Shown one piece after another: positions 49,525-58,357 of a stretch of DNA of 64,000 nucleotides. A model generated the notes under the pieces. The model worked only from the letters and a program-made list of their open reading frames with translations, searched no databases and was not told the DNA's origin. Source of the DNA: Lachnospiraceae bacterium (GTDB taxonomy: Bacteria; Bacillota; Clostridia; Lachnospirales; Lachnospiraceae); NCBI GenBank assembly GCA_024698865.1, contig JAILQS010000015.1, positions 10,284 to 74,283 on the forward strand, read 5' to 3'. Within the stretch, counting starts at the first letter, position 1, and the number at the start of each line of letters is the position of its first letter. The position numbers and the translations under genes were made by a program.

Positions 49525-50910
49525 ATGAAACGCACAAAAAGAAAGCCTAACACACGTAATATTGCACTTCTAACAATCATTTTATTGATTTTGGGTATAT
49601 ATTTATATTTTGTTAACTATTATCGAACGCACTTCTATCGTAGTTCTACCATCAACGGTATCAATTACGGTAATCAAACCGTTTCCGAAGTCGAAGAACA
49701 TATCGCATCTGATATTGCTTCCTACTCCATTCATATATCCGGTCGTAACGACGTAGAGGATGTAATTACCGCTCAGGATATGGACTACCATTACATTTCC
49801 GACGGTCAGGTCAAACAATTAAAAGATGACCAGAACCCTTTCCTGTGGCCGGTCGGACTCTTTCGTTCCAATGCTGTTGAAATGGATGCCACAACTACTT
49901 TCGATGCTGATTTGTTAAGGGAAAGTATGAAGAAACTTCTTTTCTTTAACGAAACAAACAATATTGCTCCAACAGATGCATACATTGATTATTCCGAGGA
50001 TGACGGCTACCGCATAATAGAAGAAACCTACGGAAGTCAGGTCAAAGAAGACGTTATGTATGATGCGCTGACAGATGCCATCGCTCAGAACGAGACTCTG
50101 CTTAACTTAGAAACGATTGATTGTTACACTAACCCATCGATTACGAAAGAAAATGAGGCAATGAACGCTGCCGTTAAAAAAGCAAATAAATACACGCAAC
50201 TTACCATTACTTACGATTTTGAAATTGCAACCGAAACACTGGATGCTTCCACTTTACACGAGTGGATTAATATCAGCGATGACTTTGAGGTTACAATTGA
50301 CACTGACAAAGTTGCTGCTTATGTAGATTATCTTGGTTTCCACTACACTACCTTTGGTATTGCAAGAGACTTTACAACACATGACAAGAAGCAAATTACT
50401 GTAAGCGGCGGTGACTACGGCTGGTGGATCAACAAATCCAAAGAACGCGAAGCACTTCTTGCCACTATTCAGGAGGGCAAATCCGTGACGCGCGAGCCGG
50501 AATACTACCAGACTGCCGTTACACACAAAGCCAACGACATCGGAGATTCTTATGTTGAAATCGATCTTTCCAAACAGCATCTCTGGGTATTCAAGGATGG
50601 CAAAATGGTTGTAGATTCCAAACTTGTCAGTGGTAATCATGCAAAGAAATATGACACGCCAAAGGGTGTCTACTCAATCACTTACAAACAAACCGAAGCA
50701 CCTTTGGTCGGAGAAGATTACGATACTCTCGTACACTTTTGGATGCCTTTTAACGGTAACATCGGGTTGCATGATGCAACATGGCGCGTAAAATTTGGTG
50801 GCAACATCTACAAAAAACAAGGCTCACACGGTTGTATCAACCTGCCATATGCCAAAGCCAAAATCATCTATCAAAATGTAGAAAAAGGAACGCCGGTCGT
50901 TATCTACTAG
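49525..50910 (+). CDS. L,D-transpeptidase (YkuD domain) with N-terminal membrane anchor and large accessory domain
   Basis: 461 aa with a TM (IALLTIILLILGIYLYFV). The C-terminal YkuD catalytic motif is GLHDATWR...GSHGCINLP. SD GGGAGGA lies upstream. Confidence 0.88.
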   Translation: MKRTKRKPNTRNIALLTIILLILGIYLYFVNYYRTHFYRSSTINGINYGNQTVSEVEEHIASDIASYSIHISGRNDVEDVITAQDMDYHYISDGQVKQLKDDQNPFLWPVGLFRSNAVEMDATTTFDADLLRESMKKLLFFNETNNIAPTDAYIDYSEDDGYRIIEETYGSQVKEDVMYDALTDAIAQNETLLNLETIDCYTNPSITKENEAMNAAVKKANKYTQLTITYDFEIATETLDASTLHEWINISDDFEVTIDTDKVAAYVDYLGFHYTTFGIARDFTTHDKKQITVSGGDYGWWINKSKEREALLATIQEGKSVTREPEYYQTAVTHKANDIGDSYVEIDLSKQHLWVFKDGKMVVDSKLVSGNHAKKYDTPKGVYSITYKQTEAPLVGEDYDTLVHFWMPFNGNIGLHDATWRVKFGGNIYKKQGSHGCINLPYAKAKIIYQNVEKGTPVVIY

Positions 50911-50991
50911 ACTAACAACAAGCTCGCACTTAATCCGTAAAAGAAATTCAAACCGAACTTAGCCGGTACAGACATAGAAAGTCCCGAAGAA

Positions 50992-51028
50992 GAAAGGTCC
51001 CAAAGACAAAATGTCTTTGGGACCTTTC
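50992..51028. terminator. bidirectional terminator between the L,D-transpeptidase and lytic transglycosylase genes
   Basis: A perfect 17-bp stem (GAAAGGTCCCAAAGACA / TGTCTTTGGGACCTTTC) with a 3-nt loop and T-rich flanks. Confidence 0.85.
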
Positions 51029-51075
51029 TTTCATATGCTATAACTTTCTAATAAATTTCTAATATATGCTATATT

Positions 51076-51840
51076 CTATATGCTATAGCTTTCTAATAAT
51101 TTTCTTCTGTGATAATCACTGGTTGACTCAATCATTATGTATCTGGTTTCACTCATATCAACCGTCTTAGCTACTGTGTCTGATACAGTCTTTGTATTTG
51201 ATACGTTCTTTGCGCTGTCTTCATTCAGAAGTTTTCCATTTGACAAATCCACCGTCTTATTCGGAATTTGAATGTTCTGCTTCATATAATTTGTAACCTT
51301 CTTTACATAATCCTGTGTCTCCTTGTACGGTGGCACCCCACCATATCTTCGGACACTTCCCGGACCCGCATTATAAGCTGCAAGCGCCAGAGTAAGATTG
51401 CCACCAAACGCTTTCATCTGCGTAGAAAGATATTTTGCGCCTCCCATAATATTCTGTCGAATATTATAACGATCTGTTACACCAACTTCTTTTGCTGTAT
51501 CCGGCATTAATTGCATAATGCCAACCGCTCCGGAATGAGATACGTCGTTCGGATTAAAATCCGACTCCTGTTTGGCTACTGCTTTCAACAAATTCAACGG
51601 AAGATTATACTTCCTGGAAGCTTCTTCAAAAATAGATTCCAGCGTTGCAGTCTTGCCATTTAACGTCTCGGCATTCGTTGCTTTGCTCTGTGTCTTATTC
51701 GTTGCTCCTGCCATCTTCGAAGTATCGTTTAATACTTCTATGAAAGGTTTTATATTCTGACTATTTGAACGGGTACCCGATTTGCCCGAAACCGGATATA
51801 GTTCCATATAGGTTCCTGAAGTTTTTTGCACTTCAATCAT
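51076..51840 (-). CDS. lytic transglycosylase (SLT domain) protein
   Basis: 254 aa with catalytic-Glu context AVAKQESDFNPN, then GIMQLMP and AYNAGPGSV. SD AGGGGG lies upstream. Confidence 0.88.
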   Translation of the reverse strand: MIEVQKTSGTYMELYPVSGKSGTRSNSQNIKPFIEVLNDTSKMAGATNKTQSKATNAETLNGKTATLESIFEEASRKYNLPLNLLKAVAKQESDFNPNDVSHSGAVGIMQLMPDTAKEVGVTDRYNIRQNIMGGAKYLSTQMKAFGGNLTLALAAYNAGPGSVRRYGGVPPYKETQDYVKKVTNYMKQNIQIPNKTVDLSNGKLLNEDSAKNVSNTKTVSDTVAKTVDMSETRYIMIESTSDYHRRKLLESYSI

Positions 51841-51858
51841 CGGGACGCCCCCTTTCTG

Positions 51859-52428
51859 CTAGTCTAATGTTCCAAACTCATCAAACGGCCACATTCTAAG
51901 AATTACTTTTCCGGCAATTTTGCTCTTGGCAACCGGTCCTACATCAGAAGATCTACTATCCTTGCTGATTGTTCTGTTATCACCCATTACAAAATATTCG
52001 TCATCTGCCAGAGTGATTGGATCAATCGCGATACCGGCATCCATAATCGGATCCTTACCGTAGTTTTCATCCAGTATCTTACCGTCAATATAAATATCTT
52101 CGCCAATAATCTGAACTGTCTCACCCGGAAGTCCAATCACACGCTTTACATAGTATTCGCTTTTACTGCCATGATTCCCCTGTGGATAGAATACAATAAT
52201 ATCGAAACGCTCCGGATCGCTTACACGATACGAAAGCTTCTCAACCAACAGATTATCGCCGCTCATCAATGTATTTTCCATACTTTCCCCATCAACAATG
52301 GTTCTCTGGATTACGTATTGAGGAATCACATATATACATACAACAATAATCAACGCATAAATAATTAATTCGCGAATAACGCCTGTGATTTTATCTTTGA
52401 GTTCCATATCCTTTTCGTTATCCAACAT
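51859..52428 (-). CDS. lepB: signal peptidase I
   Basis: 189 aa with a TM, then SMENTL (catalytic Ser), YVKRVIGLPGE (catalytic Lys) and GDNRTISKDSR. Confidence 0.92.
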   Translation of the reverse strand: MLDNEKDMELKDKITGVIRELIIYALIIVVCIYVIPQYVIQRTIVDGESMENTLMSGDNLLVEKLSYRVSDPERFDIIVFYPQGNHGSKSEYYVKRVIGLPGETVQIIGEDIYIDGKILDENYGKDPIMDAGIAIDPITLADDEYFVMGDNRTISKDSRSSDVGPVAKSKIAGKVILRMWPFDEFGTLD

Positions 52429-52445
52429 AGTATATACTCTCCCTA

Positions 52446-52688
52446 TTATTCTGCTTCTTCGTCATCTCCAAGCACTTTTACTTTAGAGTCATAAACTTCT
52501 GCGATTGCTATTGATAACGGCTTATTACATTTTGTAGTTGCCATTGCTTCTGCTCCATCAATCAACTGTCTGGCTCTTTTTGCCGTTGCCAGTACGATAG
52601 AGTATCTGGAGTTAACTACCTTTTCTTCGCCTTCTTCTACTCCGCTGTTTACTACTTCCATTAAATCTGTATAGGATGGATGAATCAT
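52446..52688 (-). CDS. rpoZ: DNA-directed RNA polymerase subunit omega
   Basis: 80 aa with NSRYSIVLATAKRARQL. It occupies the conserved position after gmk. Confidence 0.9.
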   Translation of the reverse strand: MIHPSYTDLMEVVNSGVEEGEEKVVNSRYSIVLATAKRARQLIDGAEAMATTKCNKPLSIAIAEVYDSKVKVLGDDEEAE

Positions 52689-52737
52689 TTAAATCCGCCT
52701 TTCCGCCAATCCGGCTAGTTTTATAATTAATATACTT

Positions 52738-53361
52738 TTACTGGTTCAGTTTTTTTAATTGTGCCTGCATTTCTCGAATGAAATCAGCACAATTAGACGT
52801 CTTTGCCTTGTAATTCTGAATCAAGGTATGTGTATTTTGTACACATTCGTCCAAATCATCATTTATGTCAATATAGTCATACCGGTCCATAAATTCTGCT
52901 TCTTCCTCCGCCCGCTTCAGTCGCTTCGTAATCGTCTCCATATCCTCTGTATTACGTCGAACCAGACGATTCTTTAGTTCTTCAGCATTTGGCGGTGTTA
53001 TAAACAAAAGCAAAATATCCGGGAACTGCTCTTTCATCTTAAGTGCGCCCTGGATTTCGATTTCCAATATAACATCATTTCCTTCGTTCAATTGTTGTTC
53101 CACAAATTCACGAGGAGTTCCATAGTAGTTACCTACATACTTCGCCCATTCGAAAAACTGACCATTCTCTATCATACTCTCAAACTTTTCAGTTGTCAAA
53201 AAGAAATAATCTTTTCCGTCGCATTCCCCTTCTCTTGGCTGTCTGGTCGTTGCAGAAACAGATAATTTATAGTCATATTTCCTAACCAGTTCCTTTACTA
53301 ACGTACCTTTGCCGGCACCTGAAAATCCTGAAATTACAGTTAAAACTCCACGCTTATTCAA
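52738..53361 (-). CDS. gmk: guanylate kinase
   Basis: 207 aa with P-loop GFSGAGKGTL, TTRQPREGE and YYGT. Confidence 0.95.
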   Translation of the reverse strand: MNKRGVLTVISGFSGAGKGTLVKELVRKYDYKLSVSATTRQPREGECDGKDYFFLTTEKFESMIENGQFFEWAKYVGNYYGTPREFVEQQLNEGNDVILEIEIQGALKMKEQFPDILLLFITPPNAEELKNRLVRRNTEDMETITKRLKRAEEEAEFMDRYDYIDINDDLDECVQNTHTLIQNYKAKTSNCADFIREMQAQLKKLNQ

Positions 53362-53377
53362 AATCTAATCCTCTTTT

Positions 53378-53617
53378 CTATTGTGTATTTGCTCTGGTTG
53401 CAATCGTTTCAGGCAACAACGCTGACAGCACCAGCTGTCCATCACCGGTTACAATAACCGACTTTGTCTTCCTTCCACAGGTTGCATCCACTGCAGTCCC
53501 ATTATCCTTTGCAATTTGAAGCATTCTCTTAATGGGCGCCGCATCCGGACTTACAATGGTTACAATTTTATCCGTATTGATAATATTTCCAAATCCAATA
53601 TTCACAAATCGCTGCAA
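53378..53617 (-). CDS. remA: RemA/DUF370 family regulator
   Basis: 79 aa with INIGFGN, SPDAAPIKR and GRKTKSVIV. It occupies the ylzA position between yicC and gmk. Confidence 0.88.
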   Translation of the reverse strand: MQRFVNIGFGNIINTDKIVTIVSPDAAPIKRMLQIAKDNGTAVDATCGRKTKSVIVTGDGQLVLSALLPETIATRANTQ

Positions 53618-53666
53618 TTTATCACCTCGTCATACTTCCATTTGGCTGTGCCACTCTTTCGTGCTA

Positions 53667-54554
53667 TTACTCGATATTCTGAATCTGCTCTCTGATTTTC
53701 TCAACTTCTGTTTTCAAATCAATCGCAATATTGGATACTTCAATATCATTTGCTTTCGATAAAATGGTATTGGACTCGCGGTTCATTTCCTGCGCGATAA
53801 AATCCAGTTTACGTCCGATATTTTCCGCAAGATTCAACGTATCCTTCATATTGGAAATATGACTTCTAAGGCGGACGGTTTCCTCATCCACACAAATCTT
53901 GTCGGCAAATACGATGATTTCTGTTGCAAGAACGCTTTCATCAATCTTCGTATCACCTAAAAGTTCATTTACTTTGTTGATGATTTTCTGACGATACTCT
54001 TCTACAATCTGTGGTGAACGTTCTTCAATCTTTGCAACATATTCCAGCATGGTATCCAGTTTGTTCATAATATCAATTTTGAGCTTTTCACCTTCGGTAA
54101 TTCTGGATTCCACAAAATTCTCTGCAGCTTTCTTAATTACCTCTTCAAAAACGGACCATATTTCTTTCTCATCAATGGTCTGTTCTTCCAAAGTGATGAC
54201 ATCCGGATATCTGGAAAGCCCGGATATTCTGACATCCATATCCAAAGAAAAATCTTTGGACATCTGCATAAGACAATCCATATACCCCTTTGCAATATCT
54301 GCGTTATACTTTACACATTCTTTGTTCTCTGTGTAATCCTCGTATGTAATAAAAACATCTACTTTTCCACGACTGATATATTCCTTTAGTAAATTACGTA
54401 TACCGGTCTCAAAGAAAGAAAATTTCTTTGGCATCTTAACAGACATATCACAATATCTGTGGTTGACGGATTTTAACTCCACCACCATCTTATAATCACC
54501 GGTAACTTTTTCGTGTCGGCCAAAGCCAGTCATGCTCTTTAGCATCTCATTCAT
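53667..54554 (-). CDS. yicC: YicC/YloC family protein (stress-induced endoribonuclease family)
   Basis: 295 aa with SMTGFGR, ELKSVNHRY and NRESNTILSKA. The start may be ATG 54545 (MLKSMTGFG), which has better SD spacing. Confidence 0.9.
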   Translation of the reverse strand: MNEMLKSMTGFGRHEKVTGDYKMVVELKSVNHRYCDMSVKMPKKFSFFETGIRNLLKEYISRGKVDVFITYEDYTENKECVKYNADIAKGYMDCLMQMSKDFSLDMDVRISGLSRYPDVITLEEQTIDEKEIWSVFEEVIKKAAENFVESRITEGEKLKIDIMNKLDTMLEYVAKIEERSPQIVEEYRQKIINKVNELLGDTKIDESVLATEIIVFADKICVDEETVRLRSHISNMKDTLNLAENIGRKLDFIAQEMNRESNTILSKANDIEVSNIAIDLKTEVEKIREQIQNIE

Positions 54555-54577
54555 CCTTCACTTTCTTATAATCTTAA

Positions 54578-54934
54578 TTATCCTAAAATAGACTGGATAC
54601 ACTCTTTCAACTCACTTGGTTCAAACGGTTTTGGTAAAAACTGTACCGCACCAAGCTCCTTGCAGGTCTCCTCCAACGGTTTGGTAGAAATAGAAGTAAG
54701 CATTACTACCGGCACATCAAACCCTGCCATCTCACTCATTTTTTCGAGAGTCTCCAAGCCGTCTAATCCCATCATATAAAAATCTAACAGGATCAGATCC
54801 GGTTTCTGTTTTTCTAAAAACTTCAGTGCTTCTTCCCCTGAGGTCACCACAAAAACCTTGTAGTCATCCTTTAATGTTTCTCTTACCAACGTTAACGTAG
54901 CTACACTATCGTCTACTGATAATATCTTTTTCAT
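54578..54934 (-). CDS. single-domain (CheY-like) response regulator
   Basis: 118 aa REC domain (LSVDDS, DLILLDFYMMGLDG, MLTS, PKPF). It overlaps the stop of the upstream kinase by 29 nt. Confidence 0.88.
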   Translation of the reverse strand: MKKILSVDDSVATLTLVRETLKDDYKVFVVTSGEEALKFLEKQKPDLILLDFYMMGLDGLETLEKMSEMAGFDVPVVMLTSISTKPLEETCKELGAVQFLPKPFEPSELKECIQSILG

Positions 54935-57900
54935 TGTCTTGCGTCCTCCTTGTGTTAAGCATATTCACTGCTGTTGTATAATCAAATCTTTTCAGATGAT
55001 TAATGATTTGTTCCGTCATCGCCTTGCCTACCGGCACCGTATCCTCCCGGTCCGGTTTAAATTCCGCTAATTGATGCAAAAGTTCAATGGCTTCCTCATC
55101 CTCGTAAGCTTCAATTCTTAGACGAATCTCATTTATTTTATTTTCGTATTCTTCACCGGAAATAACAGTCTGTTCTACCGGTGCTTTTTCCTCTTCCGTT
55201 ACTTCATCCGCAAGCAACGCTTCGCTGATTCGATGTAGCACACCCTCGTATATGCCAAGGAAATGATCCAAATTGGAATCCAGAAATTCGAACTTGCCAT
55301 CTTTTACTGCCATTTCCTGCTCTTTTGCAAGATCAGACAATTCGACCGCTCCGATGCTTCCTGCTACACTCTTTAGGGAATGTACCTCCACCATATAACT
55401 GTAGTAATCCTTATTCTTTATATAATCCCGCATGACAGAAATCTTATTCATGCCGTCCATACATACGACTTCCAGCAGTTTTCGATATTTGTCCATGCTG
55501 TTACTACTTTGTCTAAGCCCCATCAAAGTATCGACGCCTTCAATTCGGAAATTCACAATTTCAGCGGAAGGTTCTTCTACTTTCTTAATACGAATGTTTT
55601 GTGGCGGAATCATTTGCTTAATGATTTCTTCCAGTTTAAGAATATCAATCGGCTTGAAAATAATACCACAAAAACCGGCTTTTTCATAGAGTGACTCAGA
55701 ACCACTTAACGCATTCGCAGTAAATGCGACTACCGGTATCCGATTAATCTCTTCATCATTCAGGGATTTCATTGCCTGCAAGGTCTGAACACCGTCCATT
55801 TCCGGCATCATATGATCCATAAAGATCAGATCAAACGCTTTATCCGTCTGTAAGGTCTCGATACACTCGATACCACTGTTGCAGGAAACCACTTCGAAAC
55901 CATAGTCCTCTAACAATCCCACGGCAACCTTCAGGTTCACCTTGTTGTCATCCACTACCATGACTCTGGAATCAACCACTTCCAGACTGTCTCTAAGGTT
56001 CTTGCTACCCACAGTATACAACTCATTTCTGAGCGCGTAAACCAGATTCAGATAAAAAACAGGTTTCTGTAATTGCACTACATCCGGATCTTCTATCGGC
56101 GACTGCCAGAACTCCTTGATTGCATATATGCGCATACCTTCTTTTCCTGCTTTTTTCAGTTGGTCTATATATTTTTCGTAGGTATTCTTTGGAACAAAAA
56201 CATCCGTATAATCTTCTGTCTCTACCAGGGACAAAAGTTCCTGCACATCCTCTGCGAAATCCGCTGCAAGATGATAGTACTCGAATATTTTTTTTACCAC
56301 TCTGTCTTCTTCCGGGAAATCGCCCATGTAAAGAATTCTATATTCTTCCGGCTTATCTATAGAAACTTTTTTGGAGTTTCTTCCTATCGTCTGCGGGAAA
56401 GAAAAATAGAAATTGCTTCCCACGCCGTACTCACTGTCTACGCTAATCTGACCACCCAGAAGTTCTAACTCCTTGTGACAAATAGCCAGTCCAAGACCGG
56501 TACCTGTAGTATTGTTGTAATCCATATCATAAGACGCCGGATTGAATAACTCAAATAAATGTTCTCTGTCTTCTTCGCGTATGCCGATTCCGGTATCCTC
56601 CACACTGCAAAACAGCGTAACCGTACGATCTTTTTGCATGGCATTAACCGAAAGTTTAATAAATCCTCTCTCGGTGTACTTAATCGCATTATCCAGTAGA
56701 TTTTTGAATACCTTGCGGATTCGACTCACATCCCCGACTAGCATTTCCGGAACTGACGGATCGACATCAATAATAAGATGAACAAAACGATTGTCGAGTC
56801 TTGTTCGCACTACATTCACCAGTTCCTTCATCAGATCTGAAAAGCAATACTCCTTCTCTACAAGATCCACATCACGGTATTCAATTTTGGAAACATCTAA
56901 TATATCGTTAATCATAGACAGAAGCGTATTGGCCGATGTCTTGATATTGGATGCATTTTCTTTGATTTTGAGGGAAGCATCTTCCCTAATAATAAGTTCT
57001 GCCATTCCCACAACAGCATTTAACGGTGTTTTTAACTCATGGGACATATTTGTAAGAAAACGGGTCTGTGTCTGGTTGGCATTCTCCGCTTCTTTTCTGG
57101 CTTCATCTGCTTTGGAAACTTTCTCTTCCAGTTCGGAAATTCTTCTGCCGGATAACAGATTATAATCTCCGGCCTTGATAATCTCGCCGCTGCTCTTACT
57201 CTGACTTTTTGAAAACAGTGCCGGAACTATTTGCATTAGTTCCTCCATTCCTTGTATATCCTCCGGATATCTTAACTGTGCAATTCCAAAGTCTATCCTG
57301 ATATCGTCGGCAGTATTCTCCAGGAAGTTGCGTGTTTGTGTTACTTTGCGCTCAAATTCGCTGATTGAAAGCGTGCTAAGCGCAATAAATCTTTTCTCTG
57401 TATAATCAAAATAATTGCCGATGTAAAACTTACGGTTGGCATTCGCTAATGTCCTATGGAAAACAGAAAGTGCTTCCTCCGGCGGCAGTTCCTTTCCTTT
57501 TTGCGTCACCTTGTGTAATTCCAGAAGTAATAAAGAAAACGGTGTCTCTTCTTCTAATTTTCTATATACCTGCCAGATCAGGGCATATAGATTCAAACCT
57601 CCGGTCTTCGTGCTGTAATTAAAATTACGTCGTCCAAATCGGATATACATAATCACACAGGCAAACAAAAGAAGCATATTCATACGAACATTTTCCTTTA
57701 GAATTACCGGCAACACAAGTGCAAGTTCTACATAAACCGCCGTCACCAGATAAAGATACCTCTCGTTGCGTGTGGCTTTGTTTTTCTGTCTGGATATCAC
57801 AAACAGACCTACACAAATATACCCTGTCATAATAGCTGCCAGCGCATAAAGTACCGTATCGTATCCGGCAGCACCAATCAGTGCAACTGCCATTACCCAC

Positions 57901-58265
57901 ACCAGATTGTAGAAAACAACGGTTTTATTATTAAATTTCTTTTCATTGTAAAAGAATTTCGTAACAAACATTATCATGCATTGAAGCGCTGAATAATACA
58001 AAATTCCTTCTGCTCTGTCCACTACTATCAGTATCTCTTCGTTCACAGTTGTAATCTCCAGCATCGCCCGGATTACGAGTACACAAAAGGAAAATGTGCA
58101 AGAAAAGCCCAATGTGTATAAAAAAACACGATCTGCGCGCACATCCAATTTGGAATCCTGTAAAAAAACAAATATCAGATATACCAATAATAAAAATGGA
58201 ATTACGTCAATACAATACCCCAATTGCATCACCTTCACACTTTCAAAAACGGCATAAATAACCAT
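54906..58265 (-). CDS. hybrid sensor histidine kinase (polytopic N-terminus, degenerate GGDEF-like module, HisKA, HATPase, pseudo-receiver-like spacer, REC, Hpt)
   Basis: 1119 aa. The N-terminus has about 6-7 TM segments. Motifs are H-box FLTNMSHELKTP, G-boxes DTGIGI and GTGLGL, REC IFMDHMMPEMDG...KP, and Hpt HSLKSVAGSIGA. Confidence 0.88.
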   Translation of the reverse strand: MVIYAVFESVKVMQLGYCIDVIPFLLLVYLIFVFLQDSKLDVRADRVFLYTLGFSCTFSFCVLVIRAMLEITTVNEEILIVVDRAEGILYYSALQCMIMFVTKFFYNEKKFNNKTVVFYNLVWVMAVALIGAAGYDTVLYALAAIMTGYICVGLFVISRQKNKATRNERYLYLVTAVYVELALVLPVILKENVRMNMLLLFACVIMYIRFGRRNFNYSTKTGGLNLYALIWQVYRKLEEETPFSLLLLELHKVTQKGKELPPEEALSVFHRTLANANRKFYIGNYFDYTEKRFIALSTLSISEFERKVTQTRNFLENTADDIRIDFGIAQLRYPEDIQGMEELMQIVPALFSKSQSKSSGEIIKAGDYNLLSGRRISELEEKVSKADEARKEAENANQTQTRFLTNMSHELKTPLNAVVGMAELIIREDASLKIKENASNIKTSANTLLSMINDILDVSKIEYRDVDLVEKEYCFSDLMKELVNVVRTRLDNRFVHLIIDVDPSVPEMLVGDVSRIRKVFKNLLDNAIKYTERGFIKLSVNAMQKDRTVTLFCSVEDTGIGIREEDREHLFELFNPASYDMDYNNTTGTGLGLAICHKELELLGGQISVDSEYGVGSNFYFSFPQTIGRNSKKVSIDKPEEYRILYMGDFPEEDRVVKKIFEYYHLAADFAEDVQELLSLVETEDYTDVFVPKNTYEKYIDQLKKAGKEGMRIYAIKEFWQSPIEDPDVVQLQKPVFYLNLVYALRNELYTVGSKNLRDSLEVVDSRVMVVDDNKVNLKVAVGLLEDYGFEVVSCNSGIECIETLQTDKAFDLIFMDHMMPEMDGVQTLQAMKSLNDEEINRIPVVAFTANALSGSESLYEKAGFCGIIFKPIDILKLEEIIKQMIPPQNIRIKKVEEPSAEIVNFRIEGVDTLMGLRQSSNSMDKYRKLLEVVCMDGMNKISVMRDYIKNKDYYSYMVEVHSLKSVAGSIGAVELSDLAKEQEMAVKDGKFEFLDSNLDHFLGIYEGVLHRISEALLADEVTEEEKAPVEQTVISGEEYENKINEIRLRIEAYEDEEAIELLHQLAEFKPDREDTVPVGKAMTEQIINHLKRFDYTTAVNMLNTRRTQDNEKDIISRR

Positions 58266-58291
58266 TTATAGTTTATCAATTTTTTTACCTT

Positions 58292-58320
58292 TTGTAAACC
58301 ATTTCATAATAGGGTATAAT
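58292..58320 (+). promoter_or_regulatory. sigma-A type promoter of rqcH
   Basis: TTGTAA (58292-58297), a 17-nt spacer, then TATAAT (58315-58320), 38 nt upstream of the ATG. Confidence 0.6.
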
Positions 58321-58357
58321 GTACCTTGATTTCAATTTTGAAAGGAGTTTTTTCACA

